From NCBI GenBank assembly GCA_964347945.1, contig CAYGAW010000053.1, forward strand, positions 1 through 59,205: a DNA stretch of 59,205 nt, given 5' to 3'. Made by a program: the position numbers and the translations under genes. This DNA is from an uncultured Anaerolineales bacterium (GTDB lineage Bacteria > Chloroflexota > Anaerolineae > UBA7937 > B3-Chlor). The notes beneath the pieces are model-generated. The model worked only from the letters and a program-made list of their open reading frames with translations. It ran no database searches and was not told the origin of the DNA. Positions within the stretch are counted from its first letter, which is position 1. Every line of letters starts with the position of its first letter. This document shows positions 44,764 to 54,666 of the stretch, piece after piece.

Positions 44764-47406
44764 CTAGTTCCCCAAAGCCTCCAGCTTCTCAGCCAGTTTC
44801 TTCAGCTCCCTCTGGTACCGGGCCAGCTTGTCCCGTTCCCGGCACACCACCTCCGGCGGAGCCTTGGTCACGAACCCTACATTGGCCAGCAACTGCTCCG
44901 CGCGAGCGATTTCGCCCTCAAGGTTAGCGATTTCCTCCTCGAAACGCTCACGCTCCTTGTCCGCGTCCACGTCGACGACCAAAGTGGTAGTCAATTGCCC
45001 GGTCACCACTCCGCTGCCGGCGGGCACCTCCTCCAGCTTGACAGCGACCGCCCTAGGCTCCACGCGAGCCAAGAAGGCAAACACGTCCTGCTGAGAAGTC
45101 AAGACTTCGCAGAGGTCTCCAGCCCCTGTGTAAGAGGCCGGCTTTGTCTCTACCGGCCAGCCCTCCTCAGCGCGGCGGTTGCGGATGTCACGGATGTGTT
45201 GCCATATCTCGTGCTGAGCCGCCTCTGCTGCCTCATCGACCAGCCCAGGTTCTGGCCAGGGAGCGATCATCAGACTGTCGCCTTCGTGGGGTACATGTTG
45301 CCATATCTCCTCAGTGACGAACGGCATGAACGGATGAAGGAGCCGTAGGGTGCGCTCGAACACGTGCACCAGCGCGTGCCCGGCTGTCTCCTTCGCGTCC
45401 TCATCCTCCCCGTAGAGCCGCACCTTGGTGGCCTCGATGAACCAGTCTGCAAACTCGCCCCACAGGAACTCGTAGATCTGCTTGCCTGCCTCGCCGAACT
45501 GGTAGCTGTCCAACAGGCGGGTGGCGTCGCTTATCAGCCGGTTGTGACGGGAGAGAATCCAGCGATCCTCGGGCCGCAAGTGGGGCCAAGTCTCGGGTTC
45601 CCCAGAAGGCAGTTCGTAGTCCGCCGGCAGGTTGCCGGTGATGAACCGGGCCATCTGCCATATCTTGTTGGCGAAGTTCCTGCTGGACTCCAGTTTCTCC
45701 TCGTAGAGCTTCATATCCTCTCCTGGGCTGCTGCCGGTGATGATCGTGAAGCGCAGAGCATCGGCTCCGTACTGGGCCACCACATCCAGGGGATCCGCCA
45801 CGTTGCCCCTAGACTTGCTCATCTTCTCACCCTGATCGTCTCGCATCAGCCCATGGAGATAGATGTCGCGGAAGGGCACGTCGCCCATGTGCTCCAAGCC
45901 CAGCATGATCATCCGTGCCACCCAGAAGAAGAGGATGTCGTAGCCAGTCTCCATCACCGACGTGGGATAGAAGTAACGCAGGTCCTCCGTGTCGTCGGGC
46001 CAGCCCAACGTCGAGAAAGGCCACAGACCCGATGAGAACCAGGTGTCCAAGACATCAGGATCCTGACGGATGTTCTTTCCGCCGCAATGCTCGCACTGCG
46101 TCGGATCCACCGTGGCCACAGTGAGGCCATCGCAATCATCGCAGTACCATACAGGGATGCGGTGCCCCCACCAGAGTTGACGGGAGATGCACCAGTCCCG
46201 GATATTCTCCATCCAGTTGTAGTACACTTTGACGAAGCGTTCAGGGACAATCCTGATCCGTCCGTCGCGCACCGCCTCAATGGCAGGTTTGGCCAGAGGC
46301 TTGATCTTGACGAACCACTGCTCCGAGACCAGCGGCTCCACCATGGTGTGGCAGCGCTGGCAGCGGCCCGGGGCGTGGACGTGAGACTGAATCTTGACCA
46401 ACAGCCCCTGCTCCCGGAGATCCTCCACCAGCTTCTCGCGCGCGTCGTAGCGGTCCATCCCCGCATAAGGCCCAGCCTCGTCGTTGAGGGTGGCATCGAG
46501 GTTCATGATATTCACCGTGTCCAGGCTGTGGCGCTCGCCGATGTCATAGTCGTTGGGATCGTGTCCTGGAGTCACCTTGACCGCGCCGGTGCCGAACTCC
46601 GGGTCCACCAACTCATCCGCGATGATGGGGATGCGCCGCCCCAGGGCCGGCAAGATGGCAATCTTGCCCACCATCTCTTCATACCGTTTGTCACGCGGGT
46701 TCACAGCTACCGCCGTGTCGCCCAGGATGGTCTCCGGTCGCGTGGTAGCGACCTCGATGTAACCCCCCTCCTCCAGCGGGTAACGAACGTAGTATAGCTG
46801 GCCCGGTTCATCCTCGTGGGGCGTCTCCAAGTCTGATAGCGCGGTCTGGCACCGGGGACACCAGTTGATGATGTACTCGCCGCGATAGATGAGACCCTTC
46901 CGGTACAGGTTGACGAAGGCCTCTCGCACCGCCCGCGACAGTCCCTCATCCAGAGTAAACCGCTCACGCGTCCAATCGCAAGAGGCTCCCAGGCGGCGGA
47001 GTTGATGGGTGATGATGCCCCCGTATTCGTCCCTCCACTCCCAGAGCATCTCCTCGAACTTCTCTCGCCCCACATCGTGGCGCGTAAGCCCTTGCTTGGC
47101 CAACTCCTTCTCCACCACATTCTGCGTGCTGATGCCAGCGTGGTCGCTGCCAGGCAGCCAGAGCGTGGGCTCTCCGCGCATACGATGGTAGCGGATCATC
47201 AGATCCTCGAAGGCGATGAACATGGCGTGCCCGTGGTGGAGCTCTCCAGTGATGTTGGGCGGCGGAATGACGATGGTGAAGGGCTTCCGATCCCAGTCTA
47301 TCTGCGGGGTGAAGTACCCTCGCTCCTCCCAGAAGGTGTATAGCCTCTCTTCAGTCTCCCGCGGGCTATAGGTCCTCGACATCTCTTTCCCGTTCATGGT
47401 CCTCAA
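44764..47406 (-). CDS. valS: valine--tRNA ligase
   Basis: HIGH (PPPNITGELHHGHA), KMSKS, the CP1 editing domain and the C-terminal coiled coil. Confidence 0.98.
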   Translation of the reverse strand: MRTMNGKEMSRTYSPRETEERLYTFWEERGYFTPQIDWDRKPFTIVIPPPNITGELHHGHAMFIAFEDLMIRYHRMRGEPTLWLPGSDHAGISTQNVVEKELAKQGLTRHDVGREKFEEMLWEWRDEYGGIITHQLRRLGASCDWTRERFTLDEGLSRAVREAFVNLYRKGLIYRGEYIINWCPRCQTALSDLETPHEDEPGQLYYVRYPLEEGGYIEVATTRPETILGDTAVAVNPRDKRYEEMVGKIAILPALGRRIPIIADELVDPEFGTGAVKVTPGHDPNDYDIGERHSLDTVNIMNLDATLNDEAGPYAGMDRYDAREKLVEDLREQGLLVKIQSHVHAPGRCQRCHTMVEPLVSEQWFVKIKPLAKPAIEAVRDGRIRIVPERFVKVYYNWMENIRDWCISRQLWWGHRIPVWYCDDCDGLTVATVDPTQCEHCGGKNIRQDPDVLDTWFSSGLWPFSTLGWPDDTEDLRYFYPTSVMETGYDILFFWVARMIMLGLEHMGDVPFRDIYLHGLMRDDQGEKMSKSRGNVADPLDVVAQYGADALRFTIITGSSPGEDMKLYEEKLESSRNFANKIWQMARFITGNLPADYELPSGEPETWPHLRPEDRWILSRHNRLISDATRLLDSYQFGEAGKQIYEFLWGEFADWFIEATKVRLYGEDEDAKETAGHALVHVFERTLRLLHPFMPFVTEEIWQHVPHEGDSLMIAPWPEPGLVDEAAEAAQHEIWQHIRDIRNRRAEEGWPVETKPASYTGAGDLCEVLTSQQDVFAFLARVEPRAVAVKLEEVPAGSGVVTGQLTTTLVVDVDADKERERFEEEIANLEGEIARAEQLLANVGFVTKAPPEVVCRERDKLARYQRELKKLAEKLEALGN

Positions 47407-47487
47407 ACCTCTCTACACAATGCCCAACTCGCACACTAGCGCCCTTCCTCACGTTAGTCCATTCTCTGTCGCCGGTTTCTCTCGATA

Positions 47488-47659
47488 CCACCACGGCCTG
47501 AAGGCCGTGGCTTGCGCCGATCGCCCTTCGCATTCTGTGGCCTTCAGGCCGCAGTGTATCCCCTGCACCCCACTTCTTTTCACACCCACCACGGCCTGAA
47601 GGGCGTGGCTTGCGCCGATGGCCCTTCGCATTCTGTGGCCTGCGGGCCACAGTCTATCC
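47488..47659. repeat. two tandem ~74-nt palindromic (REP-like) units, period 98 nt
   Basis: Unit 1 is 47488..47561 and unit 2 is 47586..47659, with about 6 mismatches in 74 by eye. Each starts CCACCACGGCCTGAAGG.CGTGG, has the core CTTGCGCCGAT.GCCCTTCGCATT, and ends CTGTGGCC....GGCC.CAG. Confidence 0.8.
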
Positions 47660-47680
47660 GAGCGAAACATCCAGTGACAG

Positions 47681-47953
47681 TAGCAACAAGCCCCTTCCAT
47701 CTTGAGGACGAAAGGGGCTCTTCCGCGGTACCACCTCGATTCCGCCAAGGCGCTGGCCCTGACGGCGCTCGCCGGGCTATAACGGGCCCAACCGAAGGAA
47801 CCTACTGAGCTGTCAAGCTGTTCAGCTCCCCGACTCCCAGGCGACCTTCAGCGGTTTCGTTGCGGGAGGCTTTCAGCCGCTGACCTCCCTTCTCTAGCAA
47901 CTCCAGACCGCCTACTCCTCCTGATCGCCGTCTTTGTTGGATCTTCTATTCTC
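47681..47953 (-). promoter_or_regulatory. T-box riboswitch leader (putative Val specifier GUC) of valS
   Basis: Minus strand AATCGAGGTGGTACCGCGGAAGAGCCCC (T-box sequence, 47715..47742). Terminator-like helix GAGCCCCTT-N15-AAGGGGCTT. AGAGA box. GAAGGUCG specifier-like context with GUC at 47843..47845. Confidence 0.8.
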
Positions 47954-47959
47954 TGAGCT

Positions 47960-47988
47960 ATTCTAACCGATTTTCCGTTTCCTGTCAA
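47960..47988 (-). promoter_or_regulatory. sigma-70 promoter TTGACA-17-TAGAAT for the valS T-box leader
   Basis: Minus strand TTGACA (47983..47988), 17-nt spacer, TAGAAT (47960..47965). Confidence 0.55.
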
Positions 47989-48050
47989 GGGACGCCCGAC
48001 ATCGCTCCCAGCCTGAGACCGCCTGCCCCGACGGAACACAAATCATCTGT

Positions 48051-48626
48051 CTAGAAGCCAAGGGCTCCTCCCACAGCACCGGCACCCAGGCCCAAGAGCC
48101 CAAGCACTATCCCGGCCACGACTGAGATTGCAATCAAGGCAATCCAGCCCAGGATGACGGTGACGATGGTCTGCACCCACTCCAGATCCAGGGCCTCCTT
48201 GGTCGCTACGAACCAGGCGATCACCATCAGGACCCAGGCGATGAACATGACTGGAGCCAACAGGCAGCCCAGGGCAGTGGAGAAGGCGGCCACGGCTCCG
48301 ATGACCCCCACCACCTGCCACACGTACGCCAGACCCAGAGTCCGCACTAACTCTTCGAAGGTGACGTCAGCGTTGAACACGGCACGCCCTACCCAGTTGA
48401 TGACGAGCGCAGCCACGGCGAAACCGATGACGGCAAAGATGGTGCCCCCTACTGCGCCGATCAGCCATCGGACCACGTTGCTGCTTGCCTGAGCCCCGAG
48501 TTGGTTGAGGAGTGCGACCACGACCACCAGGATCCAGGCGGTGGTCGTGAACGTAGTGTCCTTCTCGACCTCGGCGTAGACTCCCTTGCGGAACGTGAAC
48601 GCGCCAATGATACGTTCGATCAGCAT
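48051..48626 (-). CDS. Yip1 family membrane protein
   Basis: MLIERIIGAFTFRKGVYAEVEKD N-terminus followed by five TM helices. Start at ATG 48626 behind AGGAGGGAG. Confidence 0.75.
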   Translation of the reverse strand: MLIERIIGAFTFRKGVYAEVEKDTTFTTTAWILVVVVALLNQLGAQASSNVVRWLIGAVGGTIFAVIGFAVAALVINWVGRAVFNADVTFEELVRTLGLAYVWQVVGVIGAVAAFSTALGCLLAPVMFIAWVLMVIAWFVATKEALDLEWVQTIVTVILGWIALIAISVVAGIVLGLLGLGAGAVGGALGF

Positions 48627-48795
48627 GTCTCTCCCTCCTTGTGCAGAAACTGTGATGAGCACCTTTGAACTGTAGCACGACCCGGCCGCTTCCTACGCTA
48701 TCCTACCCTCCTTCCTGTTCCTGCGCCGGCCTGCCTCCGCTTCTTGCCGACCAATCAGTGGGGTTCAGGCCAGCCACACACTATGCCGTCGATCC

Positions 48796-49548
48796 CTATT
48801 CCGGTTCCACGGACGAAGCGCCGGACGTGTCGATCGTCCCCAGCGAGGGCCGGCCCAGATACGTGACGTGTGAAGCGCCACTCGCATCCGCATCCAGTCT
48901 CCCACTCGCGTTCACGGTAACCCGGCTGGCGCCGCTGGCCTCGACGCTCGCGTCAGCCACTGGGAAACCGGACAGGTCCACGCGGCTCGCCCCCGAGGCA
49001 TCGATGATCACGTCTTCCGCAGAGCCCCTCAGAGTCAGGTCGCTGGCACCGGAAATGTCGAATCGCGCATCTGCACATTCGATGTCGCCCCTCAAACCGC
49101 TCGCCCCGGACACGCCCACCGTGAGTGCCGCTGAGGACTTGAACCCGCTGATCGTGGCGCGACTTGCGCCGCTCAGATCAAGCCCTGCCAGATCGGGCAT
49201 GGTTACTTCCGCGCGCCTGGCGGCATCCGCGATCACGTAGCGGTGGTCGGGCTCTAGGCCGATCTTCAGCGTGCTGCCTTCCTTGACTACCTGAAGATAC
49301 TCTATCAGGCTTTCATCAATGTCGATGATCACGCTGAACTCGCCGCCCTGCCTGATGTCCGCCGTAAAGGCATGGCTCACTTCAACTTGGTCGAACCCGG
49401 TGATGGAGAACTCCTCGGTCACCACATTGCCCGAGACTTGTATCAACTCGCCGGTCTCCTGGATGAGGTCGCCAATGTCGGGGATACCACAACAGGCGCT
49501 CACGAATGGAACCAACACGATGAGTGTCAAGAGGATATACTTTCTCAT
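48796..49548 (-). CDS. DUF2807 / head-GIN-domain lipoprotein
   Basis: Signal peptide and lipobox (VPFVSAC). Repeated xSGAS beta-helix rungs (DLSGASRATISG, DISGASDLTLRG, DASGASRVDLSG...). Start at ATG 49548 behind AAGGAGG. Confidence 0.75.
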   Translation of the reverse strand: MRKYILLTLIVLVPFVSACCGIPDIGDLIQETGELIQVSGNVVTEEFSITGFDQVEVSHAFTADIRQGGEFSVIIDIDESLIEYLQVVKEGSTLKIGLEPDHRYVIADAARRAEVTMPDLAGLDLSGASRATISGFKSSAALTVGVSGASGLRGDIECADARFDISGASDLTLRGSAEDVIIDASGASRVDLSGFPVADASVEASGASRVTVNASGRLDADASGASHVTYLGRPSLGTIDTSGASSVEPE

Positions 49549-49630
49549 CTCTACCTCCTTGCATAGCCTCGTCTTGTGATGCCACACGTTGCTCTCTCCA
49601 TCTCGTCCTCGGAGAGTCTCTCCTCCTTCA

Positions 49631-49659
49631 AGTATAGCATCTATCTCGTGCCTGGCCAA
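49631..49659 (-). promoter_or_regulatory. candidate sigma-70 promoter TTGGCC-17-TATACT
   Basis: Minus strand TTGGCC (49654..49659), 17-nt spacer, TATACT (49631..49636), upstream of the DUF2807 gene. Confidence 0.45.
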
Positions 49660-49724
49660 GCTCGTACTCTCATGGCGCGCGATTCCTCTCTGTCAGCTGC
49701 CATGGCCTCCAAGCACAGGATCAC

Positions 49725-52286
49725 TCACAGAAGACTCACCGGATCTACATCCACGCGCCATCCCAGAGGCAAATCCAGGTCCCCCAGCAGCGAATGGGGA
49801 TCGCGACCGCGCACGACAAGATGCCATCGATACTGGCCGCGTATGCGGCTCAAGAAAGCCGGGGCAGGCCCTATGAGGTCGATCATCGGCAATCCCAGCC
49901 GCGCTATCTTCTGCTGGAGTACCCGTTGCATCCTCCCGGCCTCTTCTTCACAACGTTGTGCATCGCGATGTACATACACCAGCCTCACCAGACGGCTGAA
50001 CGGGGGGTATCTCTGCTGCTTGCGGAATTCCATCTCCTCCTTGTAGAACCCCTCGTAGTCGTGGCCGCTGGCAGCCTCTATACAATAGTGATTGGGCGCA
50101 TACGTCTGCACGATCACCTTGCCACCTAGGATGCTTCGTCCCGCGCGCCCCGCCACCTGGGTCAGCAGCTGGAAGGTCCGCTCACCTGCACGGAAGTCCG
50201 GCAAGTACAGTGCCGTGTCCGCCGTTATCACCCCCACGAGAGTGACCAAGGGCAGGTCCAACCCCTTCGCTATCATCTGTGTGCCAATCATCACGTCGGC
50301 CTCGTGATTGATAAACCGCTCGAGTATCTCTTCGTGGGCCATCCTGCCCCCAGTGGTGTCCCGATCCCACCGGACGATCTGGGCCTCAGGAAAGAGCTGC
50401 TTGGTCACAGCTTCCACCTTCTGAGTACCAACCCCAAAGTGCTTGATCCGCTCACTGTGGCAACTGGGGCAGGCGTCGGGCACGATCGTCTGCCAGTTAC
50501 AGTGATGGCAGACCAGCGCATCCTCCGGGAAGTGGTAGGCCAGAGGCACATCGCACCGCTTGCACTTCATGACATGACCGCAATCCCGGCACATGACGAA
50601 GGTCGTCGCCCCGCGGCGGTTGAGGAACAGTATGACCTGCTCCTTGGCGGCGAGGGTCTCCCTCATGCTTTCTCGCAGGGCACGGCTGAAGATGCTTCGA
50701 TTCCCGGCCTTGAGTTCCTGCCGCAAGTCCACGACTTGCACCGGCGGCAGATCCATGTACACCGCGTCGTCGTATCCCTCACCCACCTCTTTGACACCAG
50801 CACGTTCTGCCTCAATAGCGTACCGTGCTCTCTGTTCCTCAATTCGCCGCCGATGGCCCATGATGCGCTGCGGCAGGTGAAGCAGCTTGTACTGCCCCCT
50901 TTGAGCGCGATGATAGGTGACCACATCAGGGGTGGCAGTGCCCAGGATGATTTTGCAGCCAGTTATCTCCGCCAACTTGATTGCCACATCTCGCGCATGA
51001 TAGCGCGGCGTCCTTTCCTGCTTGTAGCTCCACTCGTGCTCCTCGTCAATGACGATCACGCCCAGTCTGGGCAAAGGGGCGAAGACGGCCGAACGGGAGC
51101 CAATGACGATGTCCACCAGACCATCCCGGATCCGCCGCCACCCATCGTACCGTTCCCCCATGGAGAGTTTGCTGTGGAGTACAGCGATACGTCCAGGAAA
51201 GCGAGCCCCGAAGCGGCGAATGGTCTGCGGCGTCAGGGCTATCTCCGGCACCAGGACTATGCCCTGCTGACCCTTGGCCAGCAGTTCGTGCAAGGCCCGC
51301 AGGTATATTTCGGTCTTCCCACTGCCGGTGACGCCATGGAGCAGGAAGACCTCAGAGCCCGCGGTGTGCAGACTGGCCTCAATCTGCCACCAGGCAGCGT
51401 CCTGAGCCGGGGTCAGTTTCGGCGGAGTGGTCGGAACGAAGGTGCGCGCCTGCAAAGGGTCTCTCCATACCTCCTGCTCCGTAAACTCGATGTGTCCCTT
51501 CGCAGCCAGTGCTCTCAAAGTGGAGCTGCTCACCCCCAGTTCGGAGTAAATCTCGGACACGGGCGTGGAACCGTGATCGGCCAGATACTGAACAACGGCA
51601 CTCTGCACCGGCGCCCTGCGCAGTCGCTCCCACACGGCAGGACTCACATCGCCGTCGAGACACGCCACCCGTTCGGTCTTGGGCTTCACCTTGGCTTCCG
51701 CCAGTTCGGAGCGTTTAACTATCACACCCCTGCGGGCAAGTCCATCGACCAACGAACGGTGATTCTTCAGTTTCAACCTTCTCCCCAGGGTATGGAGCTC
51801 CACCTCGCCCTCGCGCTGAAGCATTCGGATGATGGCCCGGTGCTCAGCATCCAAGCCGGCGGGCAGAGGCCGCTCGGTGCTGAGACGGAGGATCACTCGA
51901 GTCTTCCGCGCCATACCTGGAGGCAGCATGAGCAGCACCACATCAATCAACGGCGCCAGGTAGTAGCTGCTGATCCAAGAGGCCAACTCTATCTGAGCAT
52001 GCGAAAGAACGGGGGTCGCATCGGCTACCTCGTACAAGTCTTTGGTCTCCTGTACGGGAGACTCCTCATCGAAGCCGAAAATCACCCCCTGTAGACGACG
52101 AGACCCAAAGGGGACGACGACCAACTGGCCCAACCGTACCTCGTCGCGGAGATCGGGGGGTATGGAATAGTGGAAGGTTTTTCCCAGAGTAGAGCCGTTC
52201 TCCTCTTCCACAGCGGGTTCGTCGCCCAACACCGTTCTGCGCGGCTGGACGCGGGTATTGACCACGACCTTGGCGTATCTCATCAT
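49725..52286 (-). CDS. priA: primosomal replication restart helicase PriA
   Basis: Walker A LLHGVTGSGKTE, DEEH box (VIDEEHE), and the Cys-rich Zn insertion CRDCGHVMKCKRCDVPLAYH...CHHCN...CPSC. Confidence 0.95.
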   Translation of the reverse strand: MMRYAKVVVNTRVQPRRTVLGDEPAVEEENGSTLGKTFHYSIPPDLRDEVRLGQLVVVPFGSRRLQGVIFGFDEESPVQETKDLYEVADATPVLSHAQIELASWISSYYLAPLIDVVLLMLPPGMARKTRVILRLSTERPLPAGLDAEHRAIIRMLQREGEVELHTLGRRLKLKNHRSLVDGLARRGVIVKRSELAEAKVKPKTERVACLDGDVSPAVWERLRRAPVQSAVVQYLADHGSTPVSEIYSELGVSSSTLRALAAKGHIEFTEQEVWRDPLQARTFVPTTPPKLTPAQDAAWWQIEASLHTAGSEVFLLHGVTGSGKTEIYLRALHELLAKGQQGIVLVPEIALTPQTIRRFGARFPGRIAVLHSKLSMGERYDGWRRIRDGLVDIVIGSRSAVFAPLPRLGVIVIDEEHEWSYKQERTPRYHARDVAIKLAEITGCKIILGTATPDVVTYHRAQRGQYKLLHLPQRIMGHRRRIEEQRARYAIEAERAGVKEVGEGYDDAVYMDLPPVQVVDLRQELKAGNRSIFSRALRESMRETLAAKEQVILFLNRRGATTFVMCRDCGHVMKCKRCDVPLAYHFPEDALVCHHCNWQTIVPDACPSCHSERIKHFGVGTQKVEAVTKQLFPEAQIVRWDRDTTGGRMAHEEILERFINHEADVMIGTQMIAKGLDLPLVTLVGVITADTALYLPDFRAGERTFQLLTQVAGRAGRSILGGKVIVQTYAPNHYCIEAASGHDYEGFYKEEMEFRKQQRYPPFSRLVRLVYVHRDAQRCEEEAGRMQRVLQQKIARLGLPMIDLIGPAPAFLSRIRGQYRWHLVVRGRDPHSLLGDLDLPLGWRVDVDPVSLL

Positions 52287-52445
52287 CTACTCGCCTGTGG
52301 GATCCCGTGGAGAGGACGGTCTGAACCCTACCACACTATACCATCGTTGCCCCTGCATATCAAGAGAAAGTATCGGTTCCTGGGATTCCGGCTGCGCGTA
52401 TGCTATAATGGGCGGTCACTCACCCCTTGAAGACGGGAGGGCTTC

Positions 52446-52868
52446 GTGCGTTTCTTCATCGCCGGCATCATGCAAGGCTCACGCCGAGATGACGACATTT
52501 GCGCCCAGGATTATCGCACCACCATCAGAGGCATTGTCTTGGACAAGTACCCCGAGGCCAACGTAATCTGCCCCTTCGAGTTGTATCCGGACAGCCCCTT
52601 CTATGGCCCTGAGGAGGGCAAGCGGACTTTTCTGGATCTAGCCGACCGGGCGACGGAGGCTGATTTCCTCATCGCCTACCTGCCTGAGGCCAGCATGGGC
52701 ACTGCTGTCGAGATGTGGCAGGCCTATCGGGGCGGCGCGCGTATCTTCAGCATCTCCCCCATGACTGAGAACTGGGTCGTCAAGTTCCTCTCCGAGCGAG
52801 TCTTTGCCACCATGGAGGAGTTCGCAGAGTTCGTGGCCAGCGGTGGCCTCGACGGGATCACCAGTTAG
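52446..52868 (+). CDS. hypothetical protein, possibly nucleoside 2-deoxyribosyltransferase-like fold
   Basis: [11 protein letters not shown]... and ...[22 protein letters not shown] resemble the NDT/Rcl pattern. GTG start behind GGGAGGG. TGcTATAAT extended -10 at 52411..52419. Confidence 0.5.
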   Translation: MRFFIAGIMQGSRRDDDICAQDYRTTIRGIVLDKYPEANVICPFELYPDSPFYGPEEGKRTFLDLADRATEADFLIAYLPEASMGTAVEMWQAYRGGARIFSISPMTENWVVKFLSERVFATMEEFAEFVASGGLDGITS

Positions 52869-52906
52869 AGAGCTTCACAGTTATTGAGTCTCCTAGAGGC
52901 ACCCAG

Positions 52907-53392
52907 ATGGAAGACGAAACGAGAACACCAGCACATCAGATAGGCGAGTTGCTATCCCAACGAGGTCTGACCCTCGCTGTGGCCGAGTCGTGCACCGGCG
53001 GGCTGCTGGGCCATCTGATCACCAGCGTGCCGGGCAGTTCCGCCTACTTCGAGGGTGGAGTGATCAGCTACTCCAACGAGGCCAAAGAACGCGTCCTCGG
53101 CGTCCCCCACGAGACCCTGTTGGCGCACGGCGCCGTGAGCAAGGAGACCGCTATTGCCATGGCCCAGGGCGCCCGACGCCTCCTGCAAACAGACGTAGCG
53201 TTATCGGTGACGGGCATCGCCGGGCCTACGGGCGGCACACCCGAGAAGCCCGTGGGACTAGTCTATCTCGGGTTGGCCGCCGAGGGCGTCGACCTGTGGG
53301 AGAAGCACCTCTGGCCAGGGGACCGTGCAGATAACAAGACACTATCGGCCGAAGGTGCACTGCAGCTACTGCTGAAGTACCTGAGACGGTAA
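52907..53392 (+). CDS. CinA C-terminal domain protein (nicotinamide-nucleotide amidase PncC-like)
   Basis: [31 protein letters not shown] motifs. Confidence 0.9.
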   Translation: MEDETRTPAHQIGELLSQRGLTLAVAESCTGGLLGHLITSVPGSSAYFEGGVISYSNEAKERVLGVPHETLLAHGAVSKETAIAMAQGARRLLQTDVALSVTGIAGPTGGTPEKPVGLVYLGLAAEGVDLWEKHLWPGDRADNKTLSAEGALQLLLKYLRR

Positions 53393-53403
53393 TCTCCCTC
53401 GCC

Positions 53404-54666
53404 TCAAGCACTGCGCACTAGCCTCCCCGCTCTTAGCCTCGGCAACCACACACTCATCAATACCGCGGCCAGCAGAGCCAGCCCCGCCCCGAACAGGAAG
53501 GGTGCTGCCGGGCCCAGCCCTTGCCATAAGAGGCCAGCGAAGATACTTGCCGGCAGGGCCATCACCCCCACTACTCCGTTGTACGCCCCGTAGGCCGTGC
53601 CATGCTGCTCAGGCCTGACCATGTCCGACACCAAAGCCCTGGCCACACCTTCGGTCATCCCGTAGTACACACCGTATAGCGCGTACAACAGCCACACCTG
53701 CCACCCCGCGGCAGCAAGAGCGAACCCAAGGTACACCACCCCGTAAAGCAGCCACCCACCAACGATCACCCCGCGCCGACCAAGGCGGTCCGAGAGAACA
53801 CCGGCCGGGCTGGAAACCAGGCTGTACACCAGATTGAGCGCCAGCAATGCCCCCATCACACCCAGTACCGACAGTCCTCGCTCCTGGGCGCGGAGGATGA
53901 GAAAGGCATCTGACGAATTGCCCAGAGTAAACAGTGCCAGAATCAGCAAGAAACCCCGGAAGCGCACATCGAACCCTTTCAGCGTGAGCGAAGGCGCCTC
54001 CATTACTGATGCCCGCCTCCGGATGTCACGCGCCCCAAAGGCCAACACCAGTACGGCCAGCGTCGCCGGGATCACACTCAGCAACACCACGCTCTGGAAC
54101 GTCACTCGTTCCAGCGTCCCGCCCATTGCCTGGATAGCCCAGATTACTCCAGCCGCAACGAGCAATCCGGTGAAAGCGCCTGCCGTATCCATGGCCCGAT
54201 GGAGGCCAAAGCTCAACCCCCTTTGGCTCTCGTCTATGGAATCCGCGATGAGCGCGTCGCGTGGCGCAGTTCGAATCCCCTTGCCCACCCTGTCCGCGAA
54301 GCGCACGGCGAAGACCCAAACCCAAGACGTCGCAAAGTAGAGGATAGGCTTGACCGTAGCGGAGAGCCCATAACCTGCCACGGTCAGCCATTTCCGCTGC
54401 CCCAGCCTGTCCGACAACCAGCCCGAGAAGATCTTGAATAGACTCGATGTCGTCTCCGCTAGCCCCTCTATAAGCCCAATGATCGAGGTACTGGCACCCA
54501 GTACGTTCGCCAGGAAGAGGGGCAAGAGGTTGAGAATCATCTCACTGGAGACGTCGGTCAAGAAGCTGGTCACGCTCAATACCCATACATTGCGTGGCAA
54601 CCCTCGCCAGCTCTCTTGAGTTTGCGGGCGAACCTCCTCTGGTTTGAGCAATTCTTCCCCGCTCAT
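53404..54666 (-). CDS. MFS transporter
   Basis: 12 predicted TM helices and the GWLSDRLGQRK-type loop motif between TM2 and TM3. Confidence 0.9.
   Translation of the reverse strand: MSGEELLKPEEVRPQTQESWRGLPRNVWVLSVTSFLTDVSSEMILNLLPLFLANVLGASTSIIGLIEGLAETTSSLFKIFSGWLSDRLGQRKWLTVAGYGLSATVKPILYFATSWVWVFAVRFADRVGKGIRTAPRDALIADSIDESQRGLSFGLHRAMDTAGAFTGLLVAAGVIWAIQAMGGTLERVTFQSVVLLSVIPATLAVLVLAFGARDIRRRASVMEAPSLTLKGFDVRFRGFLLILALFTLGNSSDAFLILRAQERGLSVLGVMGALLALNLVYSLVSSPAGVLSDRLGRRGVIVGGWLLYGVVYLGFALAAAGWQVWLLYALYGVYYGMTEGVARALVSDMVRPEQHGTAYGAYNGVVGVMALPASIFAGLLWQGLGPAAPFLFGAGLALLAAVLMSVWLPRLRAGRLVRSA

Noticed and set aside
47488-47659. Could the tandem repeat be a mini-CRISPR array?
   Set aside because: There are only two copies. 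The units are 74 nt, internally palindromic, and separated by 24 nt. No cas genes are in the window. The location is a 5' leader.
50304-52094. 596-aa plus-strand ORF
   Set aside because: It is antisense to priA, which has Walker A, a DEEH box and Zn-finger motifs. The composition is shadow-frame-like.
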